Of a DNA stretch of 64,000 bases, positions 31,615 to 41,324 are shown piece after piece. Each line of letters opens with the position of its first letter. Within the stretch, counting starts at the first letter, position 1. Under the pieces are notes generated by a model. The model had not been told where the DNA came from, ran no database searches, and worked only from the letters and a program-made list of their open reading frames with translations. A program made the translations under genes and the position numbers. Source of the stretch: an uncultured Nitrospinota bacterium (GTDB lineage Bacteria; Tectomicrobia; Entotheonellia; J063; CAVPRW01); the NCBI GenBank assembly GCA_963707985.1, contig CAVPRW010000015.1, positions 64,001 through 128,000 of the forward strand, written 5' to 3'.

Positions 31615-33030
31615 CTACAGGGTCCGCAGAAACGCCACCAGATCCTTCTTCTCCGACTCGGTGAGTTTCACTCCCAAGGTCAAATTGAAAAACTCCACTG
31701 TGTCCTCCAGCGTCAGCAGCCTTCCGTCGTGGAGGTAGGTCGGAGAGTCTTTAATGCCGCGCAAAGGAAAGGTCTTGATAGGGCCGTCGGCGGCTGCCAT
31801 CCGGCCGTTGATCAGCTGGGGCTTATAGAAACGCTCGGCTCTGAGGTTATGCATGAGGTTGTCGGTGTAGTAGGGTGGTGGATGACAGGTGCTGCATTGG
31901 GCTTTGCCGAAGAACAGCTCCTGCCCACGCCGCTCGGCCTCGGTGGCTTGTTGAGTATCCAGCTGGCCCAAGACGGTGAGTTTAGGCGCGGGCGGAAAAT
32001 CGAACAGTTCTTGGAATTCGGCCATGAAGTGCACCTGGCTGCCCCGGTCGAGAATATTGACCCCTTTCTTCGTGGCGATGACGGGATCACCGTCGAAGTA
32101 GGCCGCGCGCTGCTCGAACTCGGTGAAGTCTTCAACACTCTTCAGGGCGCGCTGAGAGCCGAACAGCCGTTGAATGTTGACGCCACGCAAGGTGGGGGTG
32201 TCGATGCGATGGCGAAACTCCTGGGGCCGGATGTCCCCGACCAGATGGGTCGCGGCATTGGTATGGCCATTGACGTGGCATTCAAAACACATCACTCCGC
32301 GACTGGGGCGCTCGGTGCGGCGGTCTTCGGTCTGGTTGAACTGCTGTTGAGGAAAGGGGGTGACCAACAGCCGTAGGCCCTCCAACTGCTTGGGGTTCAG
32401 CGTGCCATTAAACAGCTCGTAGTAGTTGACAATGGTCACCAGCTTTCCCTGCGACACGTCGCCCAAGTCTGGCCGCGTCGTGAGATAGATGGGGGGCGGG
32501 AACTCGGGGAGGACATGGTCAGGCAGATCAAAATCGAGATCGAAGCGGGTGAGATCACGCTCTTCCTGCTGTTTGATCTCGGCGATATGGAAGCCGGGGA
32601 ACACCATACCGCCTTCGGCGTGATGAGGATGCGGCAGTGGGAGAAACCCCTTAGGGAATAGTCCTTTGTCGCGGATGTCAGCCGGCGTCATGGCGGCTAG
32701 TTGCGTCCACGTCACGCCCGCCGGTAGTTTGACCCGTACCCCCTCCTGGACCGGCTTGCCGCGGGACATGGTCGTCCCATCCGCCGCTGGGCGGTTGCTC
32801 AAATCATAGCGCTCGTTGAGTAAATCCATCTGTCGCTTCATGACCTCGGCCTTGGCCGCTTTCATCCGAGCCATGATAGTGGCAAAGTCCTCCGTGATCA
32901 CGACAGGCGCATAGCTTGACGGCTGTTGCGCGGCCTGCTGTGGAGACACGCCACCCACCAACACCAAGAGCGCGGCCAGCAGAATCCCGAAGCAGATCCT
33001 GCTCCATGCAGATGCGTAGCCTTCTTCCAT
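31615..33030 (-). CDS. Di-heme cytochrome c (cytochrome c peroxidase/MauG-like)
   Basis: Signal peptide; CFECH and CSTCH; TPTLRG and YLHDGRLLTLEDTV motifs. Confidence 0.82.
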   Translation of the reverse strand: MEEGYASAWSRICFGILLAALLVLVGGVSPQQAAQQPSSYAPVVITEDFATIMARMKAAKAEVMKRQMDLLNERYDLSNRPAADGTTMSRGKPVQEGVRVKLPAGVTWTQLAAMTPADIRDKGLFPKGFLPLPHPHHAEGGMVFPGFHIAEIKQQEERDLTRFDLDFDLPDHVLPEFPPPIYLTTRPDLGDVSQGKLVTIVNYYELFNGTLNPKQLEGLRLLVTPFPQQQFNQTEDRRTERPSRGVMCFECHVNGHTNAATHLVGDIRPQEFRHRIDTPTLRGVNIQRLFGSQRALKSVEDFTEFEQRAAYFDGDPVIATKKGVNILDRGSQVHFMAEFQELFDFPPAPKLTVLGQLDTQQATEAERRGQELFFGKAQCSTCHPPPYYTDNLMHNLRAERFYKPQLINGRMAAADGPIKTFPLRGIKDSPTYLHDGRLLTLEDTVEFFNLTLGVKLTESEKKDLVAFLRTL

Positions 33031-33541
33031 GACTGGATCCCCTTTCTACTCCGACCGATGATATCCCGTGGAACCGCGGCCTAGAAGTGCTGACAGGAGG
33101 GACCCCATAACTGCCGCCCCTCGGTGACAAGGAAGACCTGCAAGCACGAGTCATTCGAGAGAAATGATGCCTGCTCCGAGGAGCGCTCATCCTCAGAGAG
33201 GGGTCAACATGGATGAAAAGTCAAGTCCTCAAACAGAGAGCTTCACCAAGACCCGATGGAAGGCACGCATACTGCCCACCTGCACCTTAAGGCCTAGTAC
33301 TGAGGGCTTTCTAGGCTGATCATGACGTATAGCAGGCTCGATGCAGCAAGAGAAGATCGGCGCCACTCTAAAAGAATCAAGAGTCGTTTGTCAATATCTT
33401 TTGATGGGAATATGAAGATGATTATTCGTATCATCAATGATCCCGTATGGTCAAACAACTCATAGCATCGAAAACGATGGTATCCAACTTGGCCGCCGCT
33501 TCTAGAGGCGGCCCCCCTTTAATCAGCACTCCGCGGCGCGC

Positions 33542-33829
33542 CTAATTGCCAATCGCTGTGCTGACGGCCGTCGGAGTTGTCAAGCCGGCAGCGCAGGGGC
33601 AGGCGATGAGCAACATGGTCACCGCGCGGCGGACATCGCGCGTCACCAGAAACCCTATGCCAGCGAGCGCAAACGAAAAGAGCCGAAACCGTGATGAGAA
33701 GCGCTCACCCAGCGTCTGCAACGGTGCACGTAACTCCTGGGCTGCTTCGACGCGCTGGATGAGCTGTCCGACGGCGGTATCGTTACCTACTCGGCTGACC
33801 CGCGCGCGCAGATCACCGGCCATGACCAT
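33542..33829 (-). pseudogene. Internal fragment of a heavy-metal P1B-type ATPase
   Basis: LLIACPCAAGLTTPTA (CPC helix) with no DKTGT phosphorylation domain and no N-terminus. Confidence 0.75.
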
Positions 33830-33832
33830 GCT

Positions 33833-34696
33833 CTACGGAACGGTCTGCAGATTAGACTGCGCCGAGCGCTGCCGAGCTACGGTGAGAGATGGTCTGAGCA
33901 GTCGTACGCCAAGATACAGAGCAAAAGAGATTACGGTGATAAAGGCACTCGGTGGCCAGGGGATTTGATATGCCAGCAATAAACCTGTCCAGACACTGGC
34001 CACGGAAAATCCGACCGCATAGACGATCCCTATCTCGGGTCGCGAGGTCAGGAGGTGCGCCGTCGCGGCAGGCGTAATGAGTAGAGAGAAAATCAGCAAC
34101 ACCCCAACCACCTGCACCGCCTGTGAGACGGTGAGCGCCAGCAAAATCATGAACAAGACTCCCAGCAGGCGGACCGGCACACCACGGGTTTCCGCGACTT
34201 CTGGGTCGACCGAAGCAAACAATAACGGCCGATAGATCATCGCCATGACCATGAGCGTTCCGATGGCGAACCCCGAGGTCAGCTGGACTTGTGTCCATGA
34301 AATCGCCAGTAAGTCCCCAAACAGGATACTCGTCGCCCCCCGAGCCAACTTCGTCGACAGACTGAGGAAAAGGCTCCCCAGCCCCATGGTCAGAGCCAGC
34401 ACCGTGCCAATCGCCACGTCACGCCCACGGACTTTGTCACCGAGAAGGCCCATCGCGATGCCGGCACCTATGGTAAAGACGGCCAATCCCACGAGAAGGT
34501 TCACATTGAGGAAGACCGCCCCGGTCGCCCCCGCGAAGCCGATATGCGCCAGCGCATGACCGGCAAACGCCAAGCGACGCAACACGACAAAATACCCCAC
34601 GATCCCCGCTGTCATGGCGACGAACGTCCCCGCCATGAACGCGTTACGCATGAAAGCGTACTCGAATATCCCAACCCAGCCATCGCTTGAAAGCAT
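33833..34696 (-). CDS. Zn/Mn ABC transporter permease (ZnuB-like)
   Basis: HALAHIGFAG, ILFGDLLAI and VQVVGVLLIFSLLITPAATA motifs. Confidence 0.88.
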   Translation of the reverse strand: MLSSDGWVGIFEYAFMRNAFMAGTFVAMTAGIVGYFVVLRRLAFAGHALAHIGFAGATGAVFLNVNLLVGLAVFTIGAGIAMGLLGDKVRGRDVAIGTVLALTMGLGSLFLSLSTKLARGATSILFGDLLAISWTQVQLTSGFAIGTLMVMAMIYRPLLFASVDPEVAETRGVPVRLLGVLFMILLALTVSQAVQVVGVLLIFSLLITPAATAHLLTSRPEIGIVYAVGFSVASVWTGLLLAYQIPWPPSAFITVISFALYLGVRLLRPSLTVARQRSAQSNLQTVP

Positions 34697-35524
34697 CTAG
34701 GCACCTCGAATGAACAGGTCACCATCGGTGGTTCGCAGCACCTGGATCGCTGTCCCATAGAGGCGCGACAACAGGTCGGCATTCACCACTTCGGCGATCG
34801 AGCCACAGCGGGGATGCCCGTCAAGGATATACAGCACACGATCGATGATGGAAATTATCGGATTCAAGTCATGGGTCACGATGACCGTCGTCACTCCACG
34901 ACTCCGGTGAATCGCTGAGATCAGCCTCACGATCTCGTGTTGGCTCCGCAAATCGAGGCTGGCTAAGGGTTCGTCGAGCAGTAGGACCTGCACATCGTCA
35001 ACCAGCGCCTGCGCAATGAACACTCGTTGCTGCTGGCCGCCGGAGAGGGTACCCACCGGTTCATCGGCGAAGTCAAGAGCCCCCACCGCTTGCAGGGCGC
35101 GGGACATCTGCCGCAATTCCTCAGGGCGTGCGCGACCGAACCCCCAGCGATAGCCATTGATGCTGAGCAAGACCAAATCGCGACTGCGTATCAGTAAATC
35201 CGAGACCAGTTCCCGTCGCTGCGGAACTAGGCCGATGGCCCGGTTGCCCACCTGTGGTGGAGAGCCCAGGACGGTCACATGCCCGGCGGTAGGCGTGACT
35301 TGACCGAGAATGACGCGGAGCATCGTGGTCTTACCCGAACCATTAGGCCCAAGCACGGCCACACATTCACCCCGCTTAATGCTGAATGTGGCCTTGCTCC
35401 AGAGCATCAGACCCCGACGCTGTATCGCCACATTGTCGAAGGCGATGGCAGGGGTTGCCGATCGCGACCGTATGATCGTCGCCACCCCCCTATCCTCTGT
35501 CTCATCGCCGCTCAGCTGAGCCAT
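34697..35524 (-). CDS. Zn/Mn ABC transporter ATP-binding protein (ZnuC-like)
   Basis: GPNGSGKT, LSGGQQQR, LLLDEP and VTHD motifs. Confidence 0.9.
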   Translation of the reverse strand: MAQLSGDETEDRGVATIIRSRSATPAIAFDNVAIQRRGLMLWSKATFSIKRGECVAVLGPNGSGKTTMLRVILGQVTPTAGHVTVLGSPPQVGNRAIGLVPQRRELVSDLLIRSRDLVLLSINGYRWGFGRARPEELRQMSRALQAVGALDFADEPVGTLSGGQQQRVFIAQALVDDVQVLLLDEPLASLDLRSQHEIVRLISAIHRSRGVTTVIVTHDLNPIISIIDRVLYILDGHPRCGSIAEVVNADLLSRLYGTAIQVLRTTDGDLFIRGA

Positions 35525-36428
35525 CCGTGTACTCCAGTGCGGTGAGCAAGTCGCGCAACTGCTGTACCTGCCAGTTCTGAAACGAATCATGGACGGGTAC
35601 GAGCGTCTCCGTTACCCCCACCACCGGAATGCCGACCTCGTGGGCTAACATCCGGAGCTGGGATGTCAGGTTGCTCACCGCCTGGGTGTTATACACGAGG
35701 ACTTTGATCTGCTTTTGGTTAATCTGGTCATGGAACATGGCCACGTCGCGCACGGTCGGGTTTGTACCTTCAGCAACGGCCTGCATCAACCTAGGGGGTG
35801 AGACCAGCTTCAGCCCCATGGCTTCCGCCATATAGACAAAAACCGTTTCCGTTGCCCCAATGGGTGTGCCCGCAAAACGCCGCTTAACCTCCTCGATCAA
35901 CGCATGATAGGGGCCGAGAGCAATAGCGAACTCCTGAGCCTGAGCATCGAAATACGTTGCCGCGAGCGGACGAAGCTCCCTCAGGGTGCGGGTGATCTGC
36001 CGGCTGATGCGCGTGACATAGTTCGGAGAATACCAGAGATGTGGATTATCGCCAGGCTTCAGGCCGACTACATCGCCGGCAGTGATAACGACGGGTTTCT
36101 GAGCTAAGGTGGCAATAATCTTGTTGGAAAATTCATCATAGCCCAGCCCATTCTGGACCACGAGCTCCGCCGTCTGGTACGCCTTGCCAACCTGGACGTC
36201 AGTTTGAAATTCATGTGGATCGGAGCTGGGATCGTTGATGATACTGGAGACACGCACGCATTGACCGCCCAACTGCGCCAACATACTCCCATACGGATTC
36301 TCGACGGCGATGCCATTCATAACGCTGGAGGGGCAGAGCTCACTCGATACAGCAGCCAGCGATATTCCCATACCAACAACCCAAAGCGACAGTAGCAGCA
36401 TCAATAGTCTCCGCAACGTAGCGCACAA
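35502..36428 (-). CDS. Zn/Mn ABC transporter substrate-binding protein (ZnuA/TroA-like)
   Basis: Signal peptide; DPHEF, NGLGYD and NPHLWY motifs. Confidence 0.88.
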   Translation of the reverse strand: MCATLRRLLMLLLSLWVVGMGISLAAVSSELCPSSVMNGIAVENPYGSMLAQLGGQCVRVSSIINDPSSDPHEFQTDVQVGKAYQTAELVVQNGLGYDEFSNKIIATLAQKPVVITAGDVVGLKPGDNPHLWYSPNYVTRISRQITRTLRELRPLAATYFDAQAQEFAIALGPYHALIEEVKRRFAGTPIGATETVFVYMAEAMGLKLVSPPRLMQAVAEGTNPTVRDVAMFHDQINQKQIKVLVYNTQAVSNLTSQLRMLAHEVGIPVVGVTETLVPVHDSFQNWQVQQLRDLLTALEYTDGSAERR

Positions 36429-36484
36429 GGGTACTCCCTAGTACCAGCCACATCTACCATAATGTCAGGCATGCTGACATGAAA

Positions 36485-36528
36485 TGAAAACGAGTTGCAC
36501 TGTACCCTGAAAAGACTGTCTCTGTCAA
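36485..36528 (-). promoter_or_regulatory. Promoter with an overlapping Zur/Fur-like box
   Basis: TTGACA-N18-TACAGT on the minus strand, abutting TGAAAACGAGTTGCA (imperfect 7-1-7 palindrome). Confidence 0.5.
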
Positions 36529-36824
36529 GTTGCTCTACTAGCCGGTCCTAGCTGACGGATCTAGACATCACCACTGACGCCTTCCCTATGGACAGACGCC
36601 CTGCATGAGAGGGTGCGCTCGCCAGCATTGGGTAGGCGCGAGTCAGGTTCCGCCACGAGGTCGGGCATGTTTCTGGTCCAAATTCTTTAGTGCACTACTC
36701 CTACAATTGCCGTAAAATGCAAATTGATTTAAGGTTACTTGCAGTAGGATGCAACCCCGCCCAGCAGACGCGCCATGGCAAGCCGGGGAGGGCATTGTCC
36801 CGGTGGTGAACTCCACACGCATCC

Positions 36825-37240
36825 ATGACTATACGGAGGCCGTATGAAACCATCCATACCAGGCCCAAGCCGGACGGGTTACGCTCAGGCTCGTGGTGGT
36901 TCCTGATCATTGGCCTCATGGGAGTGCTCGCGCCAGCCGTGAGCGGAGCTCAACAGACCGCTGCGGCAGCAACAAAGCAGCCTGGGCTTTCTCCATCCAC
37001 GCTATCGTGGCAAATAATGCGAGGATTGAACTTCCGTAGAGGTGAGATGACACCTGAATTGCAGGGCCTTATCAATGGAGTCACACGCGTGCCGGGCTAC
37101 ATGGTCCCACTTGAAGATAATCTCGAAGAGGTCACGGAATTTTTGCTCGTTCCCTATCCAGGCGCCTGTATCCACGTTCCACCGCCACCGCCAAATCAGA
37201 TCGTGCATGTCGTCATGAAAGGGAGTAAAAAGGCCCAAGT
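36825..37240 (+). pseudogene. DUF3299 (ZrgE-like) protein, C-terminally truncated
   Basis: PGYMVPL...EFLLVPYPGACIHVPPPPPNQIVHV signature, then the sequence switches to an ATPase tail. Confidence 0.72.
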
Positions 37241-37249
37241 CCGGCCAGC

Positions 37250-37386
37250 GTTTTCTCGAACTGCTGTTCGAATGCGGTGAGGAGGCCCCCTCGACCCTGA
37301 TTTTCGTCAGTTACGATCGAATGCTCATGCTGCTGTTCCACCGGGCCATCTCGTTCCCCGAAATCAATCACGTGCGAGCAGCTTAG
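37250..37386 (+). pseudogene. C-terminal fragment of an ABC ATP-binding protein
   Basis: FLELLFECGEEAPSTLIFVSYDR...EINHVRAA*, a degenerate H-loop region. Confidence 0.55.
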
Positions 37387-37400
37387 ACCAAGAGCGCGCC

Positions 37401-37655
37401 ATGGTGTTGCTGTCCCTCGCCTACCAGTCTTTGAGCAATCGGAAACTCACCTCGGCACTGACGCTGGGGTCGATCGCTCTCAGTGTGGCATTGCTCATCG
37501 GCGTTGAGCGGGTGCGACTCGGAGCCCGCGAAAGCTTTGCCAATACCATCAGTCAGACTGATCTGATCGTGGGTGCCCGCGGCGGTGCGCTGCAGCCCCT
37601 CTTGTATACCGTTTTTCGAGTCGGCTCGGCGACGAACAACATCAGCATCCATTAG
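37401..37655 (+). pseudogene. N-terminal fragment of a MacB/FtsX-type ABC permease
   Basis: SLSNRKLTSALT...ISQTDLIVGARGG...LLYTVFRVGSATNNIS; cut off at the convergent methyltransferase. Confidence 0.7.
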
Positions 37656-38692
37656 ATAGGCCTTCCCTCGATTACACTAAATTCCGTTGGCGAATTTGTC
37701 GGGATCACGCACGACAGCTCAAATCCAGCCCGGGCGAAGAGGGTGCGATACTCATTTTCAGTCCGATGGTGCCCCTTATACATGACCAGCAAATTGAGGT
37801 CGGCCAGCTTGCCAAAAAATGGTTCGTTCCCAGGTGGGATGATACGCTCGATGACGAGAAGCTTGCCGCGCGATCCCAGCGCTCGACGGCAGTTCTGCAA
37901 AATGCGCACGCTTTGCTCATCGTCCCAGCTTACCAAAATCCATTTCAGGATATAGGCGTCAGCACCCATCGGCAACGCCTCGAAAAAATCTCCCGCTACG
38001 AGTTCGCAGCGGTCAGCCACGCCCTCGGCTGCGAGCAGCGTCGGCGCGTCAGCAATGACCTGGGGGCTTTCGAAGAGGATACCACGGAGATGAGAGTTGC
38101 ATTTGAGGATCGCCGACAGCAGCGCCCCGCGTCCGCCCCCCACGTCGACAACCGTGGTCAGCCCCGAGAAATCGTACACCGGCGCCACGGCCAATGCCTC
38201 TTCAGCAGTCGCGACATGCATAAAGGCCTGGAAGGTATCAGCCGCGTCAGGATGCTGAGCAAGATAGGTATCGAACTCCATCCCAAAGATGTGCTCAAAG
38301 GCCGGCTGACCGGTCTTCACACTATAGGCAAGTGCCCCCCACGGCTGCCAGGCCCAGGGCTCTCCATTCAGGATCGCTGCGGCTCGCCATGACCCCGGCC
38401 CATCTGTCAATAACAGCGCAGCAAGGGGGGTGAGGGTAAAACGGCCTTGATCATCTTCGGCAAACACCCCCACACTCGCGATCCCGCGCAAGAGTCGATA
38501 CAAGGCCCCGGCATGGACGCTCACAGCATGCGCCAGCTCGGTACAACTTTTGGCGCCATGTTGCAAGTGGTCAGCCAGCCCAAGTTCGGCCGCGACCGCG
38601 ATGGCCTGGGAAAGCCAAAAACCGGTGCTCAATTGACGCAGGACCACGGCGGGAGACGCATCGTGTGTTGGGGCGCACTTGGGGACGTCCAT
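37652..38692 (-). CDS. O-methyltransferase (dimerisation + Methyltransf_2 domains)
   Basis: LYRLLRGIASVGVF, VVDVGGGRG, GDFFE and ADAYILKWIL motifs. Confidence 0.88.
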   Translation of the reverse strand: MDVPKCAPTHDASPAVVLRQLSTGFWLSQAIAVAAELGLADHLQHGAKSCTELAHAVSVHAGALYRLLRGIASVGVFAEDDQGRFTLTPLAALLLTDGPGSWRAAAILNGEPWAWQPWGALAYSVKTGQPAFEHIFGMEFDTYLAQHPDAADTFQAFMHVATAEEALAVAPVYDFSGLTTVVDVGGGRGALLSAILKCNSHLRGILFESPQVIADAPTLLAAEGVADRCELVAGDFFEALPMGADAYILKWILVSWDDEQSVRILQNCRRALGSRGKLLVIERIIPPGNEPFFGKLADLNLLVMYKGHHRTENEYRTLFARAGFELSCVIPTNSPTEFSVIEGRPI

Positions 38693-39291
38693 TATCCACA
38701 TTCTCCTTAGCAACCGCGCTTCGCTCGCAGCAAGGACGTGCGATTCTATCGGGACGACCTCGCCGTGTCAACGGGCCTTAGCATTCTGACACAATAACAC
38801 ACAGCAGCCATATGATCCTGCCGGACGCCACCCCATTCAGATGCCAACAGCGAGGCACTGGGGGGTGTTTGTTTGAGAGTTCTCGCGGTCGCTGAAAGGG
38901 TCCGCTCACCGAAACGGTGATTTCCCTCCAACTGGAGGACATCACCGAAGGCCTGCACATCGCCAACAAATACGGCGAGAGCATTCTCCATAAGATAGGT
39001 GAGACCTATCAGCTTGATGACGGTAACGCCTTTTCATTAAAACCTCTAGGCATATTCCCATGCACAGAGTGCTTGCACACCCCCCAAAGGGAGTGATAGC
39101 ATAATAAGTGCTGTTACTTCGTGAGACACCCTAGCCGAAACGACTCCTGACAATTCTTGGATGCACCACAGACACTTCGCGGGACAGCATGTGCTGTTCC
39201 AGGCGTGGAGGAGGTATTTCACAGCGCTCGGTATGGGAGGGCAGGGGAGACTTGGCAATCGCTATGTGTGCCGGTGGGGAGGGAGAACTCG

Positions 39292-39774
39292 ATGCGACTG
39301 ACGTGGGTGGTCACTGTGGTGCTCCTGCTCATCCTGGGAACTGGGCTGTCTCAGGCGGCGCAGATGTCACCATCGGGAGAAGATATTCCGATTGAGCTGA
39401 TTCGGGTCAAGCAGGTGGCGCAGCTGCTCAGTGATGGCGCACCGGTGGCACTCGTCGACGTGCGGAGTCGGCAAGAGTACTTAATCCGGCATATTAAAGG
39501 AGCCGCCTCGATTCCTATTGATAGCATTGAGCTTCGGTCTCGGGACATCCCACGCGAAGGAATCGTCGTCCTCTACTGAGCGTGTCCCCACGAGTTGGCC
39601 AGTTTGGCCTACAAAAAGCTCTATGCCAAAGGATATCGCAATCTAAGGGTGCTCGATGAAGGCATCCCAGGCTGGGTCGAACAGGGCTACCCCACCGAAG
39701 GTTGGCGTGCCAGCGATGATGAGCCGATTGGACATGGCAAGACTTATCGTTTTCCGCCCCTGCTGCATCCGTGA
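39292..39774 (+). CDS. Exported rhodanese-like selenoprotein with Sec96 (TGA at 39577-39579)
   Basis: Signal peptide; VDVRS...HIKGA...IVVLY-U-ACPHE; after the TGA the frame completes the fold (KGYRNLRVLDEGIPGWVEQGYP). Confidence 0.85.
39594..39612 (+). promoter_or_regulatory. SECIS-like stem-loop of the rhodanese gene
   Basis: GT-T-GGCCA-GTT-TGGCC-T-AC; core stem starts 17 nt after the UGA. Confidence 0.55.
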
Positions 39775-39958
39775 AAGCTGAAATCCACATTGATCTGATC
39801 TAAATTGTTGTATTGACAACGTCGCATGGGATTGACAAGATAGACAGTCCGCGGAGGACAGGATGTTGTGCTTGCTCCCACTGTCGGAGGCCTGTCGACC
39901 TGTGATAGCCGGACACGATGACAGGATAACCATTTGAGGATTACGGAGAGATCGAGCT

Positions 39959-40810
39959 ATGGCAGACTATGCACATCCAGAAGTGCTGGTGAGTACCGAG
40001 TGGTTGGCACAACACTTGACCGACCCCGGCATGCGCATCATCGAGGTGGATGTCGATACCTCGGCCTACGAGCAGGGTCATATTCGGGGTGCGGTTGGCT
40101 GGAATTGGCAGACCCAACTGTGTGATCAAGTACGCCGCGACATCCTGACGAAAGAACAGTTCGAACGCTTGATGAGTGATTCGGGGGTGACCCCGGATAC
40201 CACGGTCATCTTTTATGGTGATAACCATAACTGGTTTGCTACCTATGCGCTGTGGCAGTGCCGCTATTGGGGGCATCCGGACGCGCGGCTGAAACTGCTG
40301 AATGGCGGGCGGGCGAAGTGGGTGGCAGAGGGTCGGGAACTCGTCACCGAGGTCCCATCACATCCGAAAACCACCTACCGCGCATCCTTTCCCGATGATA
40401 ATGTCCGTGCCACCAAAGATGTGGTGGCCCAGACACTTCTGGAATCCGGCAAATTCAATTTGGTGGATGTCCGTTCTCCCGATGAATTCAGCGGCAAGGT
40501 GATCGCCCCCCCAGGCATGAGCGAAACCGCCCAGCGCGGCGGGCATATCCCGGGGGCAGCGAGTATTCCCTGGGCGCAGGCAGTGAAAGAGGATAGTACA
40601 TTCAAATCGGCCGATGACCTACGGGCGTTGTATGAAGGTAAAGGTGTTGCCCTGGATAAGGAGACGGTGGCATATTGCCGGATTGGCGAGCGCTCCAGCC
40701 ACACCTGGTTCGTGCTCAAATATCTGTTGGGTGTCCCCAAGGTGCGGAATTACGACGGTTCCTGGACTGAGTGGGGAAACCTGGTCGGTGCCCCGATCGA
40801 GAAGGCATAA
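39959..40810 (+). CDS. sseA: Two-domain thiosulfate sulfurtransferase (SseA/CysA type)
   Basis: [20 protein letters not shown], active loop YCRIGERS and YDGSWTEWG. Confidence 0.9.
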   Translation: MADYAHPEVLVSTEWLAQHLTDPGMRIIEVDVDTSAYEQGHIRGAVGWNWQTQLCDQVRRDILTKEQFERLMSDSGVTPDTTVIFYGDNHNWFATYALWQCRYWGHPDARLKLLNGGRAKWVAEGRELVTEVPSHPKTTYRASFPDDNVRATKDVVAQTLLESGKFNLVDVRSPDEFSGKVIAPPGMSETAQRGGHIPGAASIPWAQAVKEDSTFKSADDLRALYEGKGVALDKETVAYCRIGERSSHTWFVLKYLLGVPKVRNYDGSWTEWGNLVGAPIEKA

Positions 40811-40821
40811 TCTCCCTGGCC

Positions 40822-40877
40822 GGGATGCCCTGCGGCGGAACCGAAGGCTATCCCTTCATGCTGCTGCAGGGCGTCTT
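40822..40877. terminator. Long GC-rich hairpin after sseA
   Basis: GGGATGCCCTGCGGCGG pairs with CTGCTGCAGGGCGTCTT (with G-U pairs); inner GAAGG/CCTTC; no clear U-tract. Confidence 0.4.
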
Positions 40878-40957
40878 CGTGGAGCGGAGCTGGTGTGTCT
40901 TTAGCCATGTGCGCAGGGAGATGCTGGCCCCACGGAAGGGCTTTGGGGACCGTCGAC

Positions 40958-41275
40958 ATGCATGCAGGTTGCTTGCAAGGAAGTCGACTCATCCCAGGCA
41001 GGTGGAGAATAGCTCAGCTCCTCGTCCTGTTTGTCTTTTGCCTTTCTGTGCTGGAGCTGCCAGTTCACCTCGTGCACCATCTTGGTGAGGTCAACCCAGA
41101 CTGCCAGCTGCTGGGCTTATCGATCTCGCTCAACGCAGCCAACCTCGAGGGGAGCTGCTTACCCAGCCTGGATCATACTTGGGATGTGCTGCGTGTCCCG
41201 GTCTTACTACCCTCCGTTCCACTGCTATGGGAGTCTGCCCAAGCTCGCGCCCCCCCTCTTACTGTCCAGCCATGA
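40958..41275 (+). CDS. DUF2946/CruR-like leader protein ending in RAPP
   Basis: Hydrophobic N-terminal segment, HLVHH...DC, Pro-rich spacer and QARAPPL five residues before the stop. Confidence 0.68.
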   Translation: MHAGCLQGSRLIPGRWRIAQLLVLFVFCLSVLELPVHLVHHLGEVNPDCQLLGLSISLNAANLEGSCLPSLDHTWDVLRVPVLLPSVPLLWESAQARAPPLTVQP

Positions 41276-41324
41276 TCGATCTCACCTTGCAATCGGTGTC
41301 ACTCACAGTGTGGAGGATGCAACG

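Noticed and set aside
37278..37280. TGA ending the DUF3299 ORF as Sec
   Set aside because: It lies past a deletion junction, in out-of-frame ABC ATPase sequence.
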